Assembly: GCA_041611735.1 (NCBI GenBank)
Contig: JBFIML010000020.1
Location: 1-64,000, forward strand
Reading direction: 5' to 3'
Length of the DNA stretch: 64,000 nucleotides
From: Myxococcota bacterium
GTDB lineage: Bacteria > Myxococcota_A > UBA9160 > PR03
Shown one piece after another: positions 40,115 through 49,670 of the stretch; positions within the stretch are counted from its first letter, which is position 1; each line of letters begins with the position of its first letter. The notes below the pieces were generated by a model. The model was not told the DNA's origin, searched no databases, and saw only the letters and a list, made by a program, of their open reading frames with translations. Made by a program: the position numbers and the translations under genes.

Positions 40115-41206
40115 GTGAGCAGCGTCTTCGGCCAGGCCTTCCGCATCACCACCTTCGGCGAGTCCCACGGCGGTGCCGTGGGTGTCGTGGTGGACGGCTG
40201 CCCGCCGCGCCTCACGCTCGCGGTGGAGGAGATCCAGCGCGACCTCGACCGCCGTCGCCCCGGGCAGAGCCGCCTCAGCAGTCCGCGCCAGGAGCCCGAC
40301 GAGGCCGAGATCCTCTCGGGCATCTTCGAGGGAGTCACCCTCGGAACGCCCATCGCGATCCTCGTGCGCAATCGGGATGCGCGCCCCCAGGCGTACGAGC
40401 ACCTGAAGCAGGTCTACCGTCCCTCCCATGCCGACTGGACCTACGAGGCCAAGTACGGGATCCGCAGCTGGCAGGGTGGCGGGCGGGCGAGCGCCCGCGA
40501 GACCGTGGGACGGGTGGCCGCGGGCGCGGTGGCGCGCAAGCTGCTGGCGGCGGCCGCCGGGGTCGAGGTGCTCGGCTGGGTCGTGCGCGTCCACCAGGTG
40601 GAGGCCAAAATCGATCCGGAGAGGGTGACCCTCGAGCAGGTGGAGTCGAACCCCGTTCGATGCCCGGACGCTGCCGCCGCTGCGGAAATGGCCGAGCGCA
40701 TCGATGCGGCGCGCCGCCGCGGCGACTCCCTGGGCGGCGTGGTGGAGTGCGTGGCCCGGAACGTGCCGCCGGGCCTCGGCGCGCCGGTCTTCGACAAGCT
40801 CGAGGCGGAGCTGGCCCGGGCCATGATGTCGCTTCCGGCCTCCAAGGGCTTCGAGATCGGAAGCGGCTTCGCCGGGACGCGCATGACGGGGATCGAGCAC
40901 AACGACCCCTTCGTGCCGGGCCCGGGCGACCGCCCGCGCACCGCCAGCAACCGCTCCGGAGGCGTGCAGGGAGGGATCAGCAACGGGGAGTCCGTCGTGA
41001 TCCGCGTGGGCTTCAAGCCCACCGCCACCATCTCCCAGGCCCAGCAGACCGTGGACCGGGAGGGCCGCGCCGTCACTCTCGAGGCCCAGGGCCGTCACGA
41101 TCCGTGCGTCCTGCCGCGCGCCGTCCCCCTGGTCGAGGCGATGACCTGCCTCGTCCTGGCGGACCACTGGCTCCGCCAGCGCGCCGTAGACGCCCTGCCG
41201 CGCTAG
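40115..41206 (+). CDS. aroC: Chorismate synthase
   Basis: [35 protein letters not shown]. Confidence 0.97.
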   Translation: MSSVFGQAFRITTFGESHGGAVGVVVDGCPPRLTLAVEEIQRDLDRRRPGQSRLSSPRQEPDEAEILSGIFEGVTLGTPIAILVRNRDARPQAYEHLKQVYRPSHADWTYEAKYGIRSWQGGGRASARETVGRVAAGAVARKLLAAAAGVEVLGWVVRVHQVEAKIDPERVTLEQVESNPVRCPDAAAAAEMAERIDAARRRGDSLGGVVECVARNVPPGLGAPVFDKLEAELARAMMSLPASKGFEIGSGFAGTRMTGIEHNDPFVPGPGDRPRTASNRSGGVQGGISNGESVVIRVGFKPTATISQAQQTVDREGRAVTLEAQGRHDPCVLPRAVPLVEAMTCLVLADHWLRQRAVDALPR

Positions 41207-41223
41207 CCGCCCGGCAGGATCGC

Positions 41224-41847
41224 ATGGGCCTGACCTCCGAGGAACAGAAAATCGCGCGCCTCTGCCTCGGCGCCCTGGGCGTCCTGGGCAGCGGGTCGTT
41301 GATCGGCGTCGCCTTCTCCCTCTACCTGGTCAACCACCAGCCGTTGCTGCTGATCGCGCTGAGCCCGTTGGGACGTCACCTGGTCCTCGTCGCGCCCCTG
41401 GTGGATCCCGTAGCGTTCGTAGCCGTGGCCGTGGGGCGCCGCATGCTCTTCTACCTGGCGAGCTTCTACCTGGGTCGGGCGCTCGGGCCCCTGGGCATCC
41501 CCTGGATCGAGGCGCGAGCGGCCTCCTTCGGGGCCTTCGTACGCTGGCTCGAGCAGCTCTTCTCGCGCGCCCCGAGACTCGTCGTCCTGCTGCTCACCGG
41601 CCCCACGGTGAGTGCGCTGGCGGGGATCTCCGGGATGCGCACGGCCGTGTTCCTTTCGTACGCCACGCCGGGACTCGTGGCACGCATGCTGCTGGTGCTG
41701 GGCTTCGCGGAGTGGGTCCGCGCGTACATCGAGGTCGTGCTGGCCTGGATCGACGAGTACTGGATCCCGGGCACCCTGGTGATGATCGCGCTGGTCGGCC
41801 TCTACCGGTGGCGCAGACGGGTCCCGTCCCGCGTCATGGAGGACTGA
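41224..41847 (+). CDS. DedA-like membrane protein
   Basis: Hydrophobic; YLGR...LAGISGM pattern reminiscent of DedA. Confidence 0.55.
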   Translation: MGLTSEEQKIARLCLGALGVLGSGSLIGVAFSLYLVNHQPLLLIALSPLGRHLVLVAPLVDPVAFVAVAVGRRMLFYLASFYLGRALGPLGIPWIEARAASFGAFVRWLEQLFSRAPRLVVLLLTGPTVSALAGISGMRTAVFLSYATPGLVARMLLVLGFAEWVRAYIEVVLAWIDEYWIPGTLVMIALVGLYRWRRRVPSRVMED

Positions 41848-42110
41848 GGGCCCCGCAGCGCCGGTGACGCGCTGCCCGCGAGCCACCGGCACCACGCCGA
41901 GACCGCCGGGTCCCGGGCGATTCGTGCTTCCAAGCGGTGGAGTTGGCCTCGAGTTGCGACTCCCCGAGGCCCTGGGGGGATCTTCCGGGCGCCACCGGGT
42001 CCCCCTGCAGGGACACCTGGAAGGAGGGAGACGCTACCATCGGGGCTTCCAGGCGTTCCATCGGGCCGGAGACGGGTGGATTCTCGAGCAGCGGGGAAGC
42101 GGCTAGCTGG

Positions 42111-45100
42111 ATGTCGACCCATCCCTCGACGGAGCCGCGAGATCCGGCTGGGGTTCGCCCCGAGCGGCCGAGCACCGGACCCGGGGCCCGACCTGCGTTC
42201 CTGCGGCGCTTCCTGCTGGCGCTCCTCCTCCTGAGCGCGGCCCCGACGCCGGCCGCCGCCATCTCGGATTCGTTCGATGCGGATGGCCCCGTGGACCCGG
42301 CGCGTTGGACCGAGGACGCCGGGAGTTGGAGCGTCGTTTCCCAGCAGCTGCGCGCCGTCTCGGGCCAGACGCCCCTGCTTCGCTACACGGGCGCCCAGAC
42401 CGCGACGGTGGACCAGTACCTGACCTTCCAGATGGTCGTGGAACCGCCCGGCTTCGGTGTGGCGTCCCAGTACTACGGTGGCATGCTGCGCCAGAAAGCG
42501 ACCCCCGGCGGCTCGTTCTACTCCTGCGAGTTCCGCAAGAACAATTCCAACACGGCGATCCGGGCGCTGTGGGGCAAGTGGATCGGAACGCAGTTCGTGG
42601 ACACGCAGGCGTTCGACGATGCCTTCTCCGATTACAGCTTCCCCAAGTACGTGGCCTGTGAGATCGCCGGAAGCGGGCCGGGCACGACCCTCAAGATCTG
42701 GGACTTCGGCGCCACGCCGCCCAACCCCGACCGCTCCCAATGGCCGCCTGCCACGAGGGTGTTCGGTCCGCTCGATGGAGGCGTCGACACCGGCACGTAC
42801 GTCGGATTGATGGGCGACGGGGCCTCGGGCACCTCCGTGCGCTGGGACGACTTCCGGGCGGGCGACGTTCCGGTCACGCCGACGCCGACGCCCACCGGGA
42901 CGCCCACCCCGACCCCGACGCCCACGCCGACCCCGCCGCCGACCGGAACGCCGACCCCGACGCCCACGCCGACCCCGACGCCGACCCCGCCGCCCGGCGG
43001 GGCCCGCGTCAGCAACGGGCTGGTCGTCTTCTATCCCTTCACCGAGGGGGCCGGCAGCGTGGTCGGCGACCAGTCGGGCAATGGGCTGCCCCTCGATCTC
43101 GAGGTCCGCGACGCCGTCGACTGGCAGTCCGGCGAGAACGGCATCGAGCTGAACGGCGGCATCGCACGCAGCGCGGGCCCCGCCAGCAAGGTGATCGACG
43201 CCTTGCAGGCGACCAACCAGAGCACCTTCGAGGTCTGGTTCGTACCCACCGGACTTCCCCAGACCTATCTCTTCCCCCCCGCGCGCCTCATCTCCCTGTC
43301 CCGTGCCACGGACGTCGAGAACTTCCTGCTGGGACAGAACGGCTTCCTCCCGGGTGGTCAGGAAACGAGCGCGGACGCCGTCGCATTCCTGCGCCACACC
43401 AGCAAGGACAGCCTGAATCGTCCGCACCTGGAGGCGCCCGCGGCGATCTCAACCGCACAGGCTCTCACCCATCTGGTCCACACCTACGACGGCACGACCG
43501 AACGCCTCTACGTGAATGGCCTGGAGCATCCGACCACGGTCACGCTGACCGGTAGCTATGCGAACTGGTACTCGGATGCGTACTTCCAGGTTGGCAACGA
43601 ATCCGACCTGCAGAGTCGCGCCTTCCTGGGAACCGTGCGCATGGTGGCCGTCTACGACCGCGCACTCACCGCGGCGGAGGTGCTCCAGAACTTCGCGGCG
43701 TCCCCGGACGCGCCGATCCGGCCCCGGGTGGAGACGGGCCCCGACCGGGCCACGCCCGAGGCACCCGGCGCGCCGGCCCACACCGTGGAGGTCGCGGGCT
43801 GGGTCATCGACGACGGGCTGCCCGATCCGCCGGCTGGACTGACGACCACCTGGACCACGGTCTCCGGCCCCGGGAACGCGGTGTTCGGAGACCCGTCCGC
43901 CCAGCAGACCAGCGTGCAGTTTCCATTGGACGGCATCTACGTGCTCCGCCTCCAGGCGGATGACGGCGCCTCGGTCGGGAGCGACGACGTCCAGGTGGTG
44001 GTGAACCAGGCTTCGCCCACCCTGCCGGCACCTACCCACGTGGCGCCCGCCGATCAGGCTGCGTCCGTGTCCACCACGCCGACGCTCGAAGTGGCTTGTC
44101 CGGTGCCCGGGGCCGCTGCCGCGCAGTACCTGATTGCCGAGGACGCGGCCTTCGACTCGATCGTCTACGACAGCGGCCCCACGCCCAACGACCCGTGCAG
44201 CCACGTCGCCTTCGCCGCGCTCCGGGGCGGACGCGAATACCACTGGAGCGCTCGACTCCAGGATGCCAGCGGGCTGCGCTCGCCCTGGTCGACCCCGACC
44301 CGCTTCTCCACGTTGCCGAACGCCCTGCTCTCGACGGTCGCCCTGCGGGACGGCGTGAACGGGTATGCCGGAAGCGGGGATGCGGACATCCGGGGCGACG
44401 CGAACGATCCGAGCCAGGCGATCCTCGAGTGGAACCAGGGCGCCCAGGACGTGCTGCGCGTCGGTCAGCGAACCTTCGCGTCCGAGATCATGCGCAGCTT
44501 GATCCGCTTCGATGTCTCGAGCATCACGGACCCCAACGCCGTCGTGAATGCCCGGCTCGAACTCACGGGCTGGATGCACGGGCCGAGCTTCCTGTTCGAA
44601 AGCCCGAGCTCCCTGTACGAGGTCCTCGGCTCCTGGGGGGAGGGCGACGGGATCGAGAACGTGGCCCCCCAGCCCGGGGAGGTGAGCTGGACGTATCGGG
44701 AGTTCCCGACGCCCTGGTCGAGCCCAGGCGCCTCGGGCCTCGGCAGCGACCGCTCCGCAAACCCGCTCGCGCGAGGAACCTTGACCAACCGGCTCCATCA
44801 CAAGACCTACTGGTCGAGCCAGGCGTTCGTGAACGCCGTGAAACAGTGGATCGCGCAACCCCAGACGAACTTTGGCCTGTTGATCCAAGCCGACGACGAG
44901 TCGATCAAGAAGCTCGTGAACCTCTCACCCCGCGAGCATCGAGACGAGGAGTTTCGACCGCGTCTGGTGATCGAGCTGGCGGGCGTTCCCGCCTGCAGCG
45001 ACGGCGTCGACAACGACGACGATGGCCTGGTCGACCTCGCCGACGCTGGCTGCCGCAACGCGAGCGACCTCTCCGAGGTGCCCGACTGTCAGGATGGCCT

Positions 45101-45404
45101 CGACAATGACGAGGACGGGCTCCTCGACCATCCCGCGGACCCGGGCTGCGGCGGTGCCGGCAACTTCCGAGAGGACCCGGCCTGCGACGACGACCTGGAC
45201 AACGACGGCGACGGGGGCATCGACTGGGACGGCGCGGGTGTCGGCCCGGCGGATCCGCAGTGCGGCGCTGGCTGGGCCCGGAGCGAGGCCCCCCAGAGCT
45301 GCGGGATCGGCTTCGAGCTGGCGCTGCTGCTGCCGCCCCTGATCTGGCTGCACGGCCGCCGCAGGCGGGCAGCGGAGCGAGCCAGCGCGGGAACGCTGAG
45401 CTAG
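42111..45404 (+). CDS. Large secreted modular surface protein (PT linker, LamG-like, PKD-like, Fn3-like, DNRLRE-like, Cys/Asp repeats, C-terminal TM anchor)
   Basis: Signal peptide; THLVHTYDG..RLYVNG and VYDRALTAAEV (LamG); DDGLP..VSGPG..YVLRL; RSLIRFD; CxDGxDNDxDG x3. Confidence 0.8.
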   Translation: MSTHPSTEPRDPAGVRPERPSTGPGARPAFLRRFLLALLLLSAAPTPAAAISDSFDADGPVDPARWTEDAGSWSVVSQQLRAVSGQTPLLRYTGAQTATVDQYLTFQMVVEPPGFGVASQYYGGMLRQKATPGGSFYSCEFRKNNSNTAIRALWGKWIGTQFVDTQAFDDAFSDYSFPKYVACEIAGSGPGTTLKIWDFGATPPNPDRSQWPPATRVFGPLDGGVDTGTYVGLMGDGASGTSVRWDDFRAGDVPVTPTPTPTGTPTPTPTPTPTPPPTGTPTPTPTPTPTPTPPPGGARVSNGLVVFYPFTEGAGSVVGDQSGNGLPLDLEVRDAVDWQSGENGIELNGGIARSAGPASKVIDALQATNQSTFEVWFVPTGLPQTYLFPPARLISLSRATDVENFLLGQNGFLPGGQETSADAVAFLRHTSKDSLNRPHLEAPAAISTAQALTHLVHTYDGTTERLYVNGLEHPTTVTLTGSYANWYSDAYFQVGNESDLQSRAFLGTVRMVAVYDRALTAAEVLQNFAASPDAPIRPRVETGPDRATPEAPGAPAHTVEVAGWVIDDGLPDPPAGLTTTWTTVSGPGNAVFGDPSAQQTSVQFPLDGIYVLRLQADDGASVGSDDVQVVVNQASPTLPAPTHVAPADQAASVSTTPTLEVACPVPGAAAAQYLIAEDAAFDSIVYDSGPTPNDPCSHVAFAALRGGREYHWSARLQDASGLRSPWSTPTRFSTLPNALLSTVALRDGVNGYAGSGDADIRGDANDPSQAILEWNQGAQDVLRVGQRTFASEIMRSLIRFDVSSITDPNAVVNARLELTGWMHGPSFLFESPSSLYEVLGSWGEGDGIENVAPQPGEVSWTYREFPTPWSSPGASGLGSDRSANPLARGTLTNRLHHKTYWSSQAFVNAVKQWIAQPQTNFGLLIQADDESIKKLVNLSPREHRDEEFRPRLVIELAGVPACSDGVDNDDDGLVDLADAGCRNASDLSEVPDCQDGLDNDEDGLLDHPADPGCGGAGNFREDPACDDDLDNDGDGGIDWDGAGVGPADPQCGAGWARSEAPQSCGIGFELALLLPPLIWLHGRRRRAAERASAGTLS
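42870..42995 (+). repeat. Pro-Thr linker-encoding hexamer repeat
   Basis: (ACG/ACC CCG/CCC)n encoding PTPTPT. Confidence 0.9.
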
Positions 45405-46387
45405 CCCGCCAGGAGCCGCCCGAGGTCGCCGTGCACCTCGAGGCCTGCGTTGCGCCCGGTGCCCTCGAAGCGCACCGCCCCGCCCGCTCCGCGCTCCACC
45501 AGACGCACCTCCACCCGGGAGACCAGGGTCTCGTCCACGCGCCGGTGCATCTGCGTCCGCGAGGGTCCGCGCAGCGGCGTGCCGGGAGCCCGCGCCGCGT
45601 GGAGCTCGAGCCGCAGGCGGCGGTCACCCAGCACCCAGCGCACCTCCTCGTCGCGGATCTCCAGGGCCTCCACCCGAGCGCCGGTGTAGGTGGCGAAGCG
45701 GTGCAGCACGCCCTCGTGACGCAAGCCGACGATGAAGCCCCGAAAGGCGCTCCGCACCCAGGGGATCATGGCGATCGAAGCGGTGAGGGAAGTGCCGACC
45801 GGGCCGAAGTGGTTGCTCTGCATCCACACGTAGCCGGAGGGAAAGGAGCGGCCCCAGTCCTTCTCCACGTAGCCGCGCCCTCCGTCCCACGTGACCGGGC
45901 GCCCGTCGAGCTCCAGCCGCCCCTCGAGGGCGTGGTCGAAGCTGACGACGCCGTGATAGCACTCCATGAAGGGCACCCAGGCGTACCAGCCCATGATGCC
46001 GGGCGAAAGCAGCCGCACCGGCCAGGGCTCGAAGGACGAGAACCGCACCTCACCACGCACCCGACGCTCCGGGTCGTCGATCTCGAGATGGATCGAGTCC
46101 TCGCCGAAGCGGCTCTTGCCCACGCGCACGTCGAGGCGGTCCGGGGACGCCTGGAACTCGGCCAGGGGATGGCGGTGATAGCTGCTGCGCCCGGTGGTGC
46201 CGTCCAGCACCTGCACGAAGGCGTGGCGGGTGGTCGGATCCGGGCCCAGGAAGAGGCCGGGAATCACCGCGAGACGCTCCCGCTCCGCCGCGTCGACCAG
46301 CTTGTAGTACCAGCCTTCGAAGTAGGGCGGGCGCCGCCCGTGTCCCTGGAAGCGGGCCGGATGGAGCGTGTCGCGCAGCCTTCGCAT
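45401..46387 (-). CDS. Tocopherol cyclase family protein
   Basis: YFEGWYYK, PGIMGW, FMECYHGV, GYVEKDWGRSFP..YVWMQSN. Confidence 0.88.
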   Translation of the reverse strand: MRRLRDTLHPARFQGHGRRPPYFEGWYYKLVDAAERERLAVIPGLFLGPDPTTRHAFVQVLDGTTGRSSYHRHPLAEFQASPDRLDVRVGKSRFGEDSIHLEIDDPERRVRGEVRFSSFEPWPVRLLSPGIMGWYAWVPFMECYHGVVSFDHALEGRLELDGRPVTWDGGRGYVEKDWGRSFPSGYVWMQSNHFGPVGTSLTASIAMIPWVRSAFRGFIVGLRHEGVLHRFATYTGARVEALEIRDEEVRWVLGDRRLRLELHAARAPGTPLRGPSRTQMHRRVDETLVSRVEVRLVERGAGGAVRFEGTGRNAGLEVHGDLGRLLAG

Positions 46388-46397
46388 GCGGCGCCGC

Positions 46398-47978
46398 TCA
46401 GATCGAGCGGCCGGCGGCCTCCCAGTAGCGCTGGCGCAGCTCGCGCTTCAGGAGCTTGCCGGACGGGTTGTACGGGAGCTCCTTCACGAAGTCGACGCTG
46501 CGCGGCCGCTTGTAGTCGGCGAGGTTCGCGGCGAGGAAGTCGTTCACGTCCTGCTCCGAGAGTCGCTGGCCTTCCCGCAGCTGCACCACCGCCTTGACCT
46601 CTTCGCCCCACTCCTCGTTCGGTACTCCGATCACGGCGCAGTCGTAGATGGCGGGGTGCTTGCGGAGCTCCTGCTCGATCTCGGCCGGATAGATGTTGAC
46701 GCCACCCGAGATGATCATGTCCTTCTTGCGGTCCACGATGTAGTAGAAGCCGTCCTCGTCCACCCGTGCAATGTCCCCGACGGTGAAGAAGCCGTCGCGG
46801 AGCGATTCCTCGGTGGCCTGCTTGTTCTTGTAGTACCCGGAGATGAGCAGCGGGTTCTTCACGTAGAGGGTGCCGACCTGGCCCGGCGCCACCTCGCGGC
46901 CCTCGTCGTCGAGGAGCCGGATCTCGTTGGCGGGACAGATCTTCCCGCACGAGCCCGGCTTCCGAAGCTGGTCCTCCGGGCCGATGATCGTATTGATCCC
47001 GGTCTCGGTGGCGCCGTAGAACTCGTACACGCAGGGATTCGGGAAGATCTCCACCACGCGGCGCTTGAGCGGGAACGGGAAGGGCGCCGCCCCCACGATC
47101 AGCCGCTTCATGCTCGAGAGGTCGTAGCGGGCCAGCGTCTCCGGCGGGAGGGAGGCGATCCGGTTCAGCATGGTCGGCACCATGAAGGTCGAGGTGATGC
47201 GCTCGTCCTGGATCACCCGCAGCGCGTCCTCGGGATCGAAGCGCCCCTGCACCACCACGCAGCCACCCAGCAGGTGGGTGATGCCCGCCAAAGCCGGCGG
47301 CGCCGAGTGGTAGAGCGGGCACACGAGCAGGTGCTTGTCGCCGGGCTCGTAGCGGAAGCCCTGGACCACACCGATCATGAATTCCTGCAGACCCTGCTGG
47401 AGGCGCGGGTCTCCGGCGTCGCGGAAGGCGCCCTTGGGCCGCCCCGTCGTGCCGGAGGTGTAGATGATCGAGGAGGCGGACCGCGTCTGGGCCACGAGCT
47501 CCTGGTGGCGGCCCTGCTCGACGGCGCTCTCGAAGGGCATCGCCTTGGGCAGGGCACCCTCCCGGGCCGGTCCATCCCCGACCACGAGGAAGGCGTCGTC
47601 CGCCACCTTGGGCATGTCGTTCTTCGCCTGCTCGAGGCGCGGAGCGAAACGGTCCTCGCTGACCACCAGCTTCGAATCCGAGTTGTCCACGATGTAGGCG
47701 GCCTCGGGGCCGGTCAGGCGGTATCCGATCGCCACCGGCACGGCCCCGAGCTTCTGGAGTGCGAAGGCCAGGTCGTAGAACTCGACCCGGTTGTGCATCA
47801 TCCAGGCCACGCGATCCCCGCTCTCGATGCCGAAGCGGTCGCGCAGGGTCACGGCCAGCCGCGCCGCGCGCTCCTCCCACTCCCGCCAGGTGGAGCGTCG
47901 CGCCCCCTGGACCAGGGCCTCGGATCCGGAATTCTGGCGGGCGGTGAAATCGAGGGTGCCGGGGACGGGATCAGGCAT
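46398..47978 (-). CDS. Long-chain acyl-CoA synthetase / AMP-binding protein
   Basis: YTSGTTGRPKG, PLYHSAP, FYGATE, DRKKDMIISGGVNIYPAEIE, SGKLLK. Confidence 0.92.
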   Translation of the reverse strand: MPDPVPGTLDFTARQNSGSEALVQGARRSTWREWEERAARLAVTLRDRFGIESGDRVAWMMHNRVEFYDLAFALQKLGAVPVAIGYRLTGPEAAYIVDNSDSKLVVSEDRFAPRLEQAKNDMPKVADDAFLVVGDGPAREGALPKAMPFESAVEQGRHQELVAQTRSASSIIYTSGTTGRPKGAFRDAGDPRLQQGLQEFMIGVVQGFRYEPGDKHLLVCPLYHSAPPALAGITHLLGGCVVVQGRFDPEDALRVIQDERITSTFMVPTMLNRIASLPPETLARYDLSSMKRLIVGAAPFPFPLKRRVVEIFPNPCVYEFYGATETGINTIIGPEDQLRKPGSCGKICPANEIRLLDDEGREVAPGQVGTLYVKNPLLISGYYKNKQATEESLRDGFFTVGDIARVDEDGFYYIVDRKKDMIISGGVNIYPAEIEQELRKHPAIYDCAVIGVPNEEWGEEVKAVVQLREGQRLSEQDVNDFLAANLADYKRPRSVDFVKELPYNPSGKLLKRELRQRYWEAAGRSI

Positions 47979-48057
47979 GGGGAGGCTCCTGGTCAGGGGG
48001 ACGTCGCGTCGCAGTATAGACGCCCGCGCGCCCTGCCGGGCCCACACTCCAGCGAAA

Positions 48058-48468
48058 TCATGGCAGCAGGACGAAGCCCATCACCGCCGCGACCGCCCCG
48101 GCCAGCAGCGCGGCGACGCCCAGGGTGGCGTGCAGGTCCCGGGAGCCCTGCCCGTGCTCCAGACGATGACCGAGCCAGCCTGCCGCCAGGAAGCACGCGG
48201 CCGCCAGACTGCCCGCCACGGCGTGGGCGGTCTCGAAGGGTGGCCGGTCCCGCAGCCAGGCCATGGACAGCGGCCCCCCCACGAAACCGATCAAGGCCAG
48301 GATCACGGCGGGTCGGGCCAGGCGCAGGTGCCGCCGGCGCAGCTCGGCACGCCGCCCGGCAACCCGGCGCGCCCGCCGCAGCGCGAGACCGGCCCGCGCC
48401 GCCAGGGCGGCGAGCAGGAGCGCAGTGAGCATCCAGGCCGGATGGATCCAGGCCAGGGCACCACGCAC
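48058..48468 (-). CDS. DUF4079-like His-containing membrane protein
   Basis: WIHP, RRRH, TAH, DLH in four TM segments. Confidence 0.65.
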   Translation of the reverse strand: MRGALAWIHPAWMLTALLLAALAARAGLALRRARRVAGRRAELRRRHLRLARPAVILALIGFVGGPLSMAWLRDRPPFETAHAVAGSLAAACFLAAGWLGHRLEHGQGSRDLHATLGVAALLAGAVAAVMGFVLLP

Positions 48469-48492
48469 GGGGTCGTGGTCGGCGGGATCCAG

Positions 48493-49218
48493 TCACTCCA
48501 CCTTGCGGACCGCGTGGGCGGGGAGCCGCTCCAGCAGCCGATCGAGCGCACGCTGCAAGTAGGCGCCGTCGCGCGACTCGAGCGTCAGCATCACGTAGAA
48601 GTCCTCCTGCCCGATGCGGGGATACGAGCCCAGCAGGAGGTCCGGGTACTCGGCCAGCAGCTCGTTCAGGGTCTCCGCGATGTCGCTCTCACGCTGCCGC
48701 ACGTAGACGCGCCGCAGGACGAACGGCACGCCCCGGAAACGCTCGCGGATCGACTCGAACTTCTTGCGTAGCAGCTCCGGGATGCCCGGGAAGATGTGGA
48801 CGTTCTCCACCACCACGATCGGGAACCACAGGTCTCCCGAGTCCATCAGCACCGCCTTGGCCGGGAGGCGCGCCATCTTGAGCTGGCTCTCGTTGGGAGG
48901 CTTGCCCTGGGCGCGCCCGATGCGCTCCACGATGGACGCGTTCAGCTCGAGCGGCCGCTCGAAGGCGCTGGCGATGGCGTCCATGGTCAGGTCGTCGTGG
49001 GTGGGGCCCACCCCGCCCGAGGTGAATACGTAGTCGAAGGCGGAGCTCATGGCCCGGACCTCCCGGGCGATCGCTTCGATGTCGTCCGGGAGGACGGCGA
49101 TCCGCTCCACGTCCACGCCGAGGGCACGCAACTCCCGGCAGAAGTACGGGGAGTTGGCATCGACCACCTTGCCGGAGAGGATCTCGTTGCCGATCACGAG
49201 GATGCCGGCGGTCGGCAT
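48493..49218 (-). CDS. CinA-like molybdopterin-binding domain protein (no PncC domain)
   Basis: IGNEILSG, DANS, SGGVGPTHDDLT, FPGIPE, GSYP. Confidence 0.88.
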   Translation of the reverse strand: MPTAGILVIGNEILSGKVVDANSPYFCRELRALGVDVERIAVLPDDIEAIAREVRAMSSAFDYVFTSGGVGPTHDDLTMDAIASAFERPLELNASIVERIGRAQGKPPNESQLKMARLPAKAVLMDSGDLWFPIVVVENVHIFPGIPELLRKKFESIRERFRGVPFVLRRVYVRQRESDIAETLNELLAEYPDLLLGSYPRIGQEDFYVMLTLESRDGAYLQRALDRLLERLPAHAVRKVE

Positions 49219-49283
49219 GAGCGGAGGGTATCACCTTCCGCTCGGCTTGGATGGAGGCCCCCTCCTCGCGTAGAATCGGGGCG

Positions 49284-49574
49284 GTGACGCACCGGGTCCG
49301 CTTCCTGCCGACGGGCCACTCCGTCTGGGTGCCCGCGGGGACGACGCTTCTGGCCGCCGCCCTCGAGGCGCGCGTGCCGGTGGCGCGCGCGTGCGCTGGA
49401 GAGGCGTTGTGCGGTCGGTGCGGGCTCGCCGTGCTGGGCGACCCGGACGCGCTCTCTGCGGCCGAAGCGGACGAAGAGCGCGCCAAGGCGCGCAATCGCG
49501 TCGCGCCCGAGCTGCGCCTCGCCTGCTGCGCGCGTGTGTTCGGCGACGTCGAAGCGACAGCCTCGTACTGGTAG
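49284..49574 (+). CDS. 2Fe-2S ferredoxin
   Basis: TLLAAA, C-x5-C-x2-C (CAGEALCGRC), RLAC. Confidence 0.85.
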   Translation: MTHRVRFLPTGHSVWVPAGTTLLAAALEARVPVARACAGEALCGRCGLAVLGDPDALSAAEADEERAKARNRVAPELRLACCARVFGDVEATASYW

Positions 49575-49670
49575 GCCGATGCGCGACCCGATCCGGCGGC
49601 AGCGGTGCTCCGCACCCAGGAGTTCCCCTCCGCGCTGGCGCGCCGCTAGCCACCCCTCTGCGGAGGCGCC

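Noticed and set aside
42870-42995. Tandem repeat as a phase-variable or regulatory element
   Set aside because: In-frame Pro-Thr linker with synonymous variation; ordinary for modular secreted proteins.
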